A DNA stretch of 64,000 nt from Diadema antillarum (Eukaryota), in the NCBI RefSeq assembly GCF_040938485.1, contig NW_027270961.1, positions 2,728,001 to 2,792,000 of the forward strand, in the 5' to 3' direction. Below the pieces are notes generated by a model. It saw only the letters and a list, made by a program, of their open reading frames with translations. It was not told where the DNA came from and ran no database searches. Of this stretch, positions 1-10,688 are shown one piece after another (position 1 is the stretch's first letter; every line of letters begins with the position of its first letter). The position numbers were made by a program, and so were the translations under genes.

Positions 1-529
1 TCACGGCAATCAATCTCTATCTCTGATACAATACTCATCTCGAAGATAATTTGGATATGGTGTACGAGAACCCAGGCACAGGGGGGGGGGGGGGGTTTAG
101 TTGGCACGTGACCACCTCGACGGTTTGTTCGCTGTTTGTTTCTCTGTTCTGAGAGTTACTTAGTCCCTTCCCAGCCCTTTCATACATCATTTTTACCACC
201 CTCAGAAAAAAAAAGAAACAGCCTTACTAAGATAGTGGTACATGACATGCATATACCAAGAGGTACTCAGTACGCCTACTAATCCATTGAAGAAGCTTAA
301 TGTTGCTTTAATATAAATGCTGGCACAGATACATAATGAAAGAGCAAAGGTAACATCGTAAAGAGCTGGTATTCTTCTATGCACTCGTGTCGATTACAGC
401 GTGTCTTGCTAGCGCTCAACAGCAAAATCAAGCACATTTTGTACTTGTCTTCCAAGTGGTCCTGACCTTCGAATAAAAGAGTGAAAATACGGGTATTACT
501 CACTGCGAGAGAAAAAAAAAAGCAATCTA

Positions 530-706
530 GGCCCTGTTGCATGAAACTATATAATGACTTTACAATTAATAATGCCTCTACAAACAGGGGTAACCATCAG
601 TGAATTCTTGCATGGTTTTGATTAGCTATGGAATAGTGCTGCTTTGGCAGTTGATTGCAGAGTTACCACTTTTTGTAAAGTTACCATAGTTTTATGCAAC
701 GGGACC
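530..706. mobile_element. Short MITE with GG termini, PIF/Harbinger-like
   Basis: The left end GGCCCTGTTGCATGAAACTAT matches the reverse complement of the right end (GGTCCCGTTGCATAAAACTAT) at 18 of 21 positions. The TSD is not clean, so the superfamily is inferred from the termini only. Confidence 0.55.
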
Positions 707-1100
707 CAGACTTTTTTTTTTCTCTCTGGCCCTGCAGTTGATTCAATAATATGAAGTAAGCATTCTAGTTGCTGTGGTGACTATGTCACTTTACTATAAT
801 AGACTCGATGACTAAATCTTAAAACATTATGGATGATTATGTGGTGCCTTTTTCAAAACATAAAAATGAAAAATAAGGCTCGTCACACGATGGAGTTATT
901 GGTTGTTATAAGAGTGTTCATTTCGGAAAGCGGCAGTGCTTTGTCTGTGCCACACGTCAGCAATACGTCGCACTGATTGGGCACAACAGATATTATTCGA
1001 GTTATGTGAGATATGTCGTGATTTTCCTTAATGTTCGCGGTAGCGAGGGTGCTCATTTTTTTTTTCTCTCTCTCTCTGTTCTCATGGCAGTAACACTTAA

Positions 1101-1690
1101 AGGGTAAGCACGTCCTGAAAGCTAGTTTGCTTGACTTTGATCAGAAAAACGAGAGGAGCATGACAGTGAAAGTTTGTACAAATTCTGATGAAAGCCACTG
1201 GTATGATTTTTTCCCCTTCAATTTAGAATTATTGAAGCACGGATTGGCAACTCCGTGATGTACCTGTGTAGTATGTGAGTTTATACTTACTATTTGCCCT
1301 TTCAATAAAATTCCATAATATCTTCTTCTTTTTTTAGAATATTGATGACAAAATATATGTTATCTTTCATTCTTTCTTTCTTTGCACGCAGGGGTTTTAC
1401 AGAAAAGTATTTTGCTTGATTGTATTTAAGGGTACATGTAGCCTACGTACGACTGGGGCTTTTTATGATGGGAAGACGAGCATTTTTTTTTTTCAAGTGC
1501 AGAAGAAATTTGAGAGGGGTGAGCTCGCATGTGACATCAAAGAAATGCCAATTCAATTTGATTTATCAAAACTTCACAAAAGCATAACTTTCTCAGTTTC
1601 AATCGGAATTTGCCGAAACTTTCACTGTCCTGTTCCTCTTATTTCACTGCTTCTAAAGACACAAACTTATTTTCAGCGTTGACTTCCCCT
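1101..1690. mobile_element. Kolobok-type non-autonomous element (MITE)
   Basis: TTAA at 1097-1100 and 1691-1694, AGGG..CCCT ends, and long imperfect TIRs (left GAGAGGAGCATGACAGTGAAAGTTTGTACAAATTCTGATGAAA vs right reverse complement AAGAGGAACAGGACAGTGAAAGTTTCGGCAAATTCCGATTGAAA). A TTAA TSD with RR..YY ends is the Kolobok signature. Confidence 0.75.
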
Positions 1691-2009
1691 TTAATCAAGT
1701 TTCTTTGACCTCCATTCATCCCTCCGTGAACGACTGTCTTCACAAATACACAGACTCTTCATAGCTCTATCACAATCAACACACACATGGTATTTTGATT
1801 AATCAAATATCCTCGAACAATTCAGAAGCTTAGTGTGGTGGTTGCCGTTCATTCATTTCTCCACGTGTCATTGTCATTCGCCCTAAACTGCAACACTGGA
1901 TTGTATCGATTGGTTGGGCAGGAGAGCAGGACAGATGGTCTAATTTTTTTTGCATGAATTTTAATGAGCAACGCTTCGCACGCTCACGGGGCATATCAAG
2001 CCGCCGCGT

Positions 2010-2065
2010 ATACTGGTCGATCAGCGAGTGTACGGCGCGCCGTACATTCGCTGATCGACCAGTAT
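2010..2065. repeat. 56-bp near-perfect palindrome (hairpin/cruciform)
   Basis: ATACTGGTCGATCAGCGAGTGTACGGCG|CGCCGTACATTCGCTGATCGACCAGTAT has one mismatch (G:T) and no spacer. Confidence 0.95.
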
Positions 2066-2953
2066 CGATATAATAACACCCAATTGCCTGAAAACCACGG
2101 CAGACTCGTGAATACTCAATTAGCAAAATTTTTCCAAACAGCGTGTTACAAATCGTAAATAATGAAGGTCGAATTGTAACACAACTACGGTATTGAGTCT
2201 TATTAACGCTATAATTTTTGATGGTATCCGGCAAAGTAATAATTCCCAAGAGGGTGACTGGAAATTGTACGAAATGCATTTTGAAAGCCATAAATGGAAA
2301 TAGAACAAGAGAATACTAGGGCCTATATGGCAGACTTTTCCGATGCGTTTACAAAGAGACAATTGGTCATTAAAATGTATAAGGGGTAGTCGTGAAGACT
2401 GTTACTTTCATCTCATACCTCAGAACATGTCCATGTAACCTCGTAGCAAATTCTTCATGCTCGATTCTTGTTCTTCGTAACTTTGTTATGGTTTCTTTAT
2501 TCTATTTCACCATGGGGTCTAAATCCTACCAACACGCTTTCAGTAGGCCTGTTTCTTTAAGATTGTATTAAAAAGCATTAGCATTTGATATCGTCACTGA
2601 TCGTTTGGTTTTGATAATTTCATTCAAATCAAATTTCTTTTTTTTTCGCTTGCATAATTTGTCAAATTTTGTTTTCATTATTTCACATAGTATTTGCCTG
2701 TCACAATCTATAATAACATCTTTACATTTTGCATGGTAATCAGCATATATTAATTGTAACAATCATAATTGTAGCCTTTTGGTACTGACCATCATAACTT
2801 TTGTAAACATCATCGGTAGTAATGTGCCAAAATTTCATCAGGAGTCTACACTATAATTGGCTGCACACTGTAATAGCTCCGGTTAGCTCCCACCCCCTCC
2901 CCCTTCCCCTCCCCCTTCCAGTAACTTTGGTTCTTCATGCTGTGGGTGCTTAC

Positions 2954-3115
2954 CTGTAATTCTTCCTGACTGAGGTCAAGCCCTTGGTCCCGAGCAATCC
3001 TCTTCAGCTCCTCCAATGAGGGTATCCTCACAGGTGGAGACGAGTAGAGAGCTGAGGAGAACAAACCCCCATCGCGATGATTGTTAAACCTCTTGTTTCC
3101 ATTCATGTCCAACAT
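2954..3115 (-). CDS. First recognisable coding exon of an amidase-signature family enzyme (prokaryote-like amidase); partial gene
   Basis: The translation MLDMNGNKRFNNHRDGGLFSSALYSSPPVRIPSLEELKRIARDQGLDLSQEELQ ends at a strong phase-0 donor, CAG|GTAAG. RIPSLEELKRIARDQGLDLSQEEL resembles, from memory, the N-terminus of Sulfolobus-type amidases ([24 protein letters not shown]). A candidate acceptor (TTTAGTAG) lies just upstream of the ATG. No exon 2 was found within the window. Confidence 0.62.
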
Positions 3116-3581
3116 TTTGCTTCTACTAAAGAAGCCATTAACATACTATTAATGTACCATTTCTTTTATTGTCTAGAATAATTTCACGTTGATAATCTTT
3201 AATTGTTGCTATGATTTAATCCCATGAAACGGGGGGAAAAGTCATCGTTGCAAATATATTTTGCCTCTGATAAACCCACCGGGACTGTTACCTTGAGATT
3301 ATGACTGCAATCATTGTGTAATGTTATACAAACTTGATTTTGCTTTGGAATTTAAAAGAAGCCCCTTCAAGAAACACTTCATCGTATTACTTGTAGACAA
3401 ACTTAGATTATCTTTGCAAACTGTAGCAAAACCAGGAACTTTTATCTTTCCATTTCAGATTAGGATAAGAAGGGACATTTTATCGAGGTATCTTCGAACG
3501 GAACCATATCTTTTAACTTAAACTTGATGATAAATAATATCGCGGATTGAATGCACGACGCTACGAGGCGCCCGTCGCTAC

Positions 3582-3757
3582 TCATATGAACGGACATCTC
3601 TGATGCCTACCATTCTGGCGCGGTGTCGTGCCCTGCAGTTTCGGTCGCTCTGAAGCAATCGGCAGCGCCTCTCCGTTGATGGGATACCTCGAAGACATCG
3701 GTTTTCCCGCCATTCTGGTATGCCCCGGCGAGGATCCGTTGTCATCTGGCGTGTGAT
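3582..3757 (-). other. Candidate exon (GC-rich) upstream of the amidase exon; coding status unknown
   Basis: There is a long pyrimidine tract on the minus strand (about 3800-3950), a branch-point-like CTGACTAAC at 3791-3799 and an acceptor GCGCAG ending at 3758. The phase-1 frame reads HTPDDNGSSPGHTRMAGKPMSSRYPINGEALPIASERPKLQGTTPRQNGRHQRCPFI-stop. No family was recognised. Confidence 0.35.
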
Positions 3758-5361
3758 CTGCGCCAGATTGTAGTGGATGAAAACTTTGGGGTTAGTCAGG
3801 TATTCCGAAGAAGGAAAAGAAGAGAAGGAGATGGGTGGGGGAGTGGGAGAAAGATAGATGAAGAGAGAGAGATAGAGAGGGAGGGGAGAAAAAGAGAACG
3901 GGGAGGGCAGAAAGAGGGGGAGAGGGGACAGAAGGGAAAATGTGTAAGGAGAGGAGGGATAGTTAAGAATAAGCATACATTATATGTAAAATTTTTGTTA
4001 TTGTGATCTAGTTGAGCAAGTATTAAGCAAACTCCGTTAATGATCAGATTTCAAGTTAGGAGTGTGTTAAACGAATGATGAATCTCTTTTAACTTACCGT
4101 GTATCAATGAATATTTCAGTGTAACAGTTCACTGCTTTTATCTCAGTATTTGTAGTTCTCAACAGAAAACAATAGATTTGGATTTACATTAATATCACAC
4201 TTCAATATATTGAAATGATTCATATATCTAGGCCTATTCATCTACAATTTATAATGTAGATGATTTTCATTTTTATATCATTTTTTCGTATAGCATATTT
4301 TTATAAAATGCTTATACTATCTAATTCGATTTCGTCATATGCTAATTGTCAATGCTTCATGTTGGTTTGGCATGCTTCCAATCAACAGCAATCCATATTA
4401 ATACTACTTTTGCCAGACCACATCAGCATGTCGTATTATCCTTTCCTCGTCGTTCTGTGCCATTCTTATATGTAATGTATATTTGTGTAGAATTTTGTAC
4501 TGTTTCACTGTATTGTTAAAGTTCACGTTCACGTTCATTTAGTTCATATTTGATGAAAACAGACAAAATACACCACAAAAAGGGTACTGAATGAATTTAA
4601 TACTGATAAGATACAAAGGTAAAAACTAACACAGGATAATATCAAATGTGAGGTACAAACAAAGGTCGAGGGCCTATTCATGGCTTATCCCAAGAAATTT
4701 TACTAAATATAGTTCTTACTGAACAGAGAAGAAATTCAAATTCGCAGATGATTATGTAATTAAAGGGTGTATGAATAAATCAGTTTTGCTTTGAATTTCT
4801 TGTCAAAGCAGGAGAGGCATTTTCTTAATTCTACCTCGAGACCGGCCATTCCACAATTTTGGACCAAATAAGTGATTGTTGTGAGAGAAAATTCATTATC
4901 AAATCTAGGGATATGAATGCGACTTGGCCACCTCGTGAAATATAGAACAAAGTATCTATTTTCAAGAAAACAAAAATTGAGAATCTTTGGCAACAGATTA
5001 TGTGTACATAAGAACCCAAAAAAAAATGCAGTTTGCGATTTGGGTATATCAAGAACTTTAAGTGGTTAATTTCCTGAAATACTATGGATCTGTATGTAAT
5101 AATGAGGGTGATCCAGTTATAATGCGTATCATTCTTTTCTATAACAACACAAACCTAATGAAATAAATTGTCTGTTTCATGGTCAATGATAGTAAGAAGA
5201 ATTGGTTTAGGGGACAAGCAAGTGAGAATTGTTAGAAATTTAAAGGAATATCATCATTCGAATGAAAGACATGATAAGTATGGAGAGCGAAGCATCACAA
5301 TTGTGTGTAAACCCTAATCCTCTGGTGGAAGCATGCGTGTTCAATAAATACATCGTTTATG

Positions 5362-5363
5362 TT

Positions 5364-5409
<46 letters not shown>
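5362..5409. repeat. (TG)n microsatellite
   Basis: Direct reading of the sequence. Confidence 0.95.
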
Positions 5410-5413
<4 letters not shown>

Positions 5414-5641
5414 TCGAGCAAAAGACACGCCTCTAAAAGTGCACAACTGGTACAGCTTGATTCCGCGGTGGCAATTAACCCTAATTGGATTTTAAGATCC
5501 GAGCTCAGTCTTTTGTTATGGTCTTTCCTCATTTGCACATCTTGTAATTGTGAATTGACCTATTTTGCACAAAAAAAATATCAAATACTTCTGGTAACAT
5601 TATTAGTATATGAATGCATGAAACAAATCACTTGATAATCA

Positions 5642-5990
5642 TCAAGTAAAAATACTGGCAGTATATTCAATTAAAAAAAACAATGGCTTTGTATGGCTAT
5701 CATATGAAGACTTTGAAATGATACGTACCGCTCTTTTCTGCAATAAGAAAATACGATGCAATAAATACTTACTACAAACACCCCAAACAAGACTATCATA
5801 TAACAAATGAGGAAGAATTAATGAATTATAAATGGTTAAAAGAATACATTTTGGCAAACAAGTTTTTAATTTACTCATAACTCCGATGTTCTTAGATTTC
5901 TTTAACAATATTTCATTCACCTGTGTCTTCGATTTTAGATCACAGTCGATAATAATGCCTAGAAATTTAGTTGTCTTTTTAGTTGCCATT
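5642..5990 (-). mobile_element. LINE (CR1/L2-group) ORF2 C-terminal fragment, degraded
   Basis: The translation KFLGIIIDCDL...SKNIGVMSKLKTCLPKCILLTIYNSLILPHLLY..LVWG...LLQKRAVRIISKSSYDSHTKPLF is the typical post-RT region of CR1/L2 retrotransposons. Confidence 0.9.
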
Positions 5991-6127
5991 GTGACTCCTT
6001 GGTACATGCGCAATATCACTCTTTACGTGACTGAGAAATACGAGAGGTCGGGAGGCCCGCACAGACTAATGCCGTTGATATGTAAAGCATGCATAGTAGC
6101 TATGAGGATATACACACTCACTGCAGT

Positions 6128-6182
6128 ATGAATGTATGTATGCATGTATGTATGTATGTATGTATGTATTTATGTATGTATA
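6128..6182. repeat. (TATG)n microsatellite
   Basis: Direct reading of the sequence. Confidence 0.9.
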
Positions 6183-6214
6183 TTACTGTATCTTTGTATG
6201 TTGTCCATATAATA

Positions 6215-7431
6215 CTAGGTGTTACAAAAAACATTTCCCACTTTTGATTCTTAATATTTCAAAAACTATATATCAGGTAACACTGAGCAATATCTGAATA
6301 GTGTACAATTTTGTTGGAGGTAATATAAAAATGAAAGCATAAATCAGTTTTATTAGCTTCAAGATTTATTTTCGAGTTAGGTTTCAGATTTTGCTCTATT
6401 TTCAACCCTCTGTTCAAAACTTTAATTTAGCACAGAGGTCAATTTGTTGTGTATGGGAGTGTGTGGTTAAAGGGTGTGTACAGTTCTGGTCGAGGTGAGG
6501 ATTTAGCTTTTAATGTTTTGAGAGATATTCAGAAACCACTCTATGAGATGTCAAAGAGCATGCAATTCCAAGAGGTATCAAAAGTTTATTTGATGAAAAT
6601 TGGTTTTGAAATGGCTGAGATATCCAAAAACAAGGTGAAACAAAGAGATCCTAATAAAAGGCGTGGCCTGTCTCCTTTTATGATTATCACTTTTTTGGAT
6701 ATCTCAGCCATTTGAAAACCAATTTTCATCAAATAAACGTTGAATATTTCTTGAAATGACATGCTCTTTCATATTTCATCAGAGGTTTTTCATTATCTCA
6801 CTTAGGAATGTTCAAAACATGAATCCCCACCTCAACCAGTACTGCACAGTCCCTTTAACATCCAGACAATGGTCCTGAGCAATGGCCAGGGTTTGAATGC
6901 TCTATTACATATTCATCAAAAATTCCTCTATCACAGCTAGTCTTGATTCATCCTGAAATGTAGTGTATGCAAGCACATGAAAACATGTGCTCACTTTTTT
7001 CATGTGCAAACATTTTACCCTTTACCATGAATTCAGACTAGCAGCGCCCAGGGCAATCCATCATGAATCATTAATAAAGCATTGATGTGCCTTGGAGCAA
7101 AAGACCAGAAACCTAGTCAGCAGAGCTCTGAAAAGGTGGTATTCGTGGTATTCATGTCTATTGTTCAGGGTCATTGTAAGCACACACTCACATACACATC
7201 ATTGGTTTCCTGTGCGAAGTTCAATTTTGTACAGAGGGTTCAAATTTGACCTAAATCTGGAACTTAACTTTAAAATCAATCATGGATTTAATGAAACTTA
7301 TTCATGCTTTCATATTCAAATCACGTCCAACTAAAGTGTACACTCATCAGCTATTACTCATATCAATGACAGTGTTATCTGATGTACAGTTTTAAGGATC
7401 AAACGTGGGAAATGTTTTTTGTAACACCTTG
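6215..7431. mobile_element. Tc1/mariner-type MITE with about 230-bp imperfect TIRs, interrupted by a Kolobok MITE
   Basis: TA at 6213-6214 and 7432-7433. The left end CTAGGTGTTACAAAAAACATTTCCCACTTTTGATTCTTAA matches the right reverse complement CAAGGTGTTACAAAAAACATTTCCCACGTTTGATCCTTAA, and inverted similarity continues to about 6440 and 7210. Confidence 0.75.
6471..6854. mobile_element. Kolobok-type palindromic MITE (same family as 52013-52394)
   Basis: TTAA at 6467-6470 and 6855-6858 with AGGG..CCCT ends. The body is largely self-complementary (GATGAAAATTGGTTTTGAAATGGCTGAGATATCCAAAAA and its reverse complement). Confidence 0.85.
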
Positions 7432-9177
7432 TATGTGATACAGAAAAAAAAAAAAATCCTCATCCCATTTCTCTTAATTGAGATTTTGAACGGAGCACAT
7501 CGTTTACGGAGTGAAAAGGGCGTAATTTGTCTAATGTAGCTCATTGGTACATAAATATTTGATCAAAGAATAAAGAGATGATAATTATCATACACAGCAG
7601 GCTCCACTGCGTTTTCGTATGATATCGTTTTGATTCCATTCGGCACAATTATCGCGATTGAATGTGCGCTAATGTCAATATTCCCTTACCACTCAGACCC
7701 CACGTTCTGTCATAGAACGTAGAATTGGCACTAGCTACAAAGAATGTTAGGCAATTATGAGAGCGGTAATTTATGGCAGTCGAAATGAGCGAATAAACTA
7801 TGCGTCATAATAATTAGCTGATGCACGAATGAATAGGCGAATGTGATTATAACAATATTCCTAAATGACTCTCTGCAATTTCATGAAAATTCCTTCCAAT
7901 AAAGACATGACATGCTAGTAAAACAAAGTCAAACAGAACACACATGAAAATTCCACACATATTCATTACAGCATATTTTGCGATGGTCAATTTGTGTTAT
8001 CATAGATTACAGACGATTCTACACGGAATAACGCTTTACCTCAACTGTCAATATACCCGTCATTAAGAAAAATCATAAATTTGATCGTTGTTCGTTTCTC
8101 TTCAAACTTTCAGATACATTCTTCAAATATTCCATATGAATTATCAAAGGGCTGTTTCTCTCCCTGTCTATGTCCATACTAACTGGTCAAACCCCAGGTC
8201 TGGTCAGTCCTGGCCAAACAAATAATATTATTACAAGTCCCGTTTGTCCTGCTCGTAGCAATGACCTGTATGTACGGACTTCGAGATAAAAATCTCTGAA
8301 TTCATTCAAATCTTTCAGTAAACATGCTTGGGGATGATAATCTCTTTGCTTAATACGGTGTCGTGTGTTTTCCCCTGCCCTGAGGAGCAATTAAACACCG
8401 GCATACTCGATACCCTGTGCACGTGGAATTAATGAGTGAGAAAAAAAACCGTATAAGATGGTGTTTAAGGCCTCAAAAGCGAATACAATGGACACTATGC
8501 AGGAAAATGCCTAGCTGCACTTTCCTCTTTCAATGCCTTTTCTCCCCCTTTCCTCTCCTACTCTTACTCCTCAATTCTTAAATTTCTTATTTTATCATTT
8601 CGCATACTTGTGCTGATGACGATATATTACGTGGGGTCCCTTCACCGCCAAACGTTTGCCGAGAGAAACCTGTACTCTTCGCTCTTTCGAGTGGCAAGCC
8701 GCTGCGAGTAACCCAATTAGTCTAATGGCAGCGCCACTCCCCTCCGCGATGAAACGGAGGAGCTGCCGAGCGATTCTCGCCTTGGTATCATTTTGATTGC
8801 CCGATCGCTGGCTTCGTCAAGTGATTCAAGTGGTCGTTGAATAGCTTTCCCCCCATCCCCCTCTCTCCCTTGTACTTTAACTTCTGGATGAAATGTCAAT
8901 TTACAATTTAGCAAACATCCTTTGTTCTGGGATTGGGTGCTACCTATATTGACAACTAAATATTTCAGCATTCTGATGAGTCATCACGTAAAAGGAATCA
9001 CGTGAGAGGAATAATATTTTCCGCCCATGTGGAGGTTGCAGCTTTTTTATTGAAATTTATTCCAATCTCGAAAGACTCACTAAGTCTGGAAATACCAACT
9101 TATTTACATGTGCGAGATAGTGGGATATGATGAGAATGACAGCGTGATATGATTTATAGTGTTTCTTTTTTTTAATT

Positions 9178-9180
9178 ATT

Positions 9181-9241
<61 letters not shown>
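9178..9241. repeat. (TA)n microsatellite
   Basis: Direct reading of the sequence. Confidence 0.95.
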
Positions 9242-9243
<2 letters not shown>

Positions 9244-10363
9244 CTTATCATCCCGTCATCTCACTACAGACTATACAGCGTACTTCGTAGAACTATATGA
9301 GACGATGTCATAAATGGGCTTTCCAGTGAAGTAGAATGACTCCCCATGTTTACTTTGGTTTGAATATATTAAAAAAAATCAATCTAAAAATACAGTAACG
9401 GATTCCTTTCACTTGTAATCACACAACATCCGTGACATTAGTGGCAACCACGTTTGCAAATGAGATGATGTGATGAAAATTATTTTTGTAAACGTCTCTA
9501 ATTTACCTACACACAAAATGATATTCATTCATATTTATATTCTAACTTACAAAACTTAATAAAATGCAGTCCTTGCATCAAAATCTTGTTGCTTTTCAAT
9601 GCCTACAAAACGTAACTTTATGGGGGAAAGGATTGTAATTCTTAGATAGAAAATAACAGTGTGCTTTCCTCATAAAACGAAGGAATAGCTGTAGAATGAT
9701 AACTTCTTTTCCTAAGCTTTGTGACTGCGATTGGTGTTAATAACCGGTATAAACCACTCGATGATTTTAGGTTCTATTACATTTGGTTCTGTAATATCGA
9801 TTTCTGCAGTATGTTTCTACAATTCTGTTCATCATATTTCGGTTAACTTGTCATCTGGAAAGTCATCTTGAATGTAGAGTGGAATGTCACAAGAAATTAC
9901 AATAAGTATAGACCTGTGACCTTTTCATCCCAAGCAACATTTGTTTTAATGAATTTTGTGGGGGGGGGGGGAACCCGATGGTTTTAATGCCAAAAATAGT
10001 TTTGTCGTCCGATTTTAACCAGCTGAAGGGATAAACTATCATAAGTTTTGAACTCCTTCCAAAGAGTGTGGGTTTTTTCACGAAACGTTAAACTAGAGTG
10101 AAGAACTGTGTGATAGACACTCAGGGCATTATGTTGTCAATGGAATTATACTATATGTCAGAGATTCCCATTTGATGTTCGGACACTTTTATATGTTAAG
10201 AAAGTAGTACAGGGTCACTCTGAATTCAGAGACGCACAACAATATCGGTTTCATTCCTAAGTTTATGAGGAAGTGGTAAAATTACAACGAGAGTTGGACT
10301 CACAGCGACATTAAATAATTGGCTTGGATTGGATTGTCTCGATAATCACAATGCTGGTATGTG

Positions 10364-10688
10364 CCCTGATGGAAAGAACACAGTGCCTTACGGTGTGAGA
10401 AACACGTTGTGAACACAGTGTGAAAACCTTATGAATACATTGTGAACACGGTGTGAAATCTATTCACACCGTTAAATTCGAGCGTTTTAACAGTGTGGAC
10501 ACAATGTGAGTCATCAATTCACAGTGTGAAACAAAGCATTACTATGTAAACACTCTGTGAAAACCACACCACAGTGTGAAATCATCTTCACACTGTTAAA
10601 TTCGAGCGTTTTCACATAGTTGACTATGTGAACACACTGTGAAAACACTGTGAAAACACTGTGGGACAATATGTACTTTCCAGTAGGG
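10364..10688. mobile_element. EnSpm/CACTA-type (animal, CCC-ended) MITE with TGTGAA subterminal repeats
   Basis: The left end CCCTGATGGAAAGAACACAGTG matches the right reverse complement CCCTACTGGAAAGTACATATTG. There are many internal (C/T)GTGTGAA(A)AC motifs and a duplicated GTTAAATTCGAGCGTTTT. The flanks TG and CG fit a CpG-decayed 2-bp TSD. Confidence 0.6.

Noticed and set aside
202-542. Minus-strand ORFs as amidase exon 2
   Set aside because: An acceptor-like sequence exists near 500, but the phase-0 frame begins with a stop and no frame shows the expected VKYPR, NAW or KDN motifs.
4764-5056. Another TTAAAGGG-started Kolobok MITE
   Set aside because: The left end looks right, but the candidate right end matches too poorly to define TIRs.
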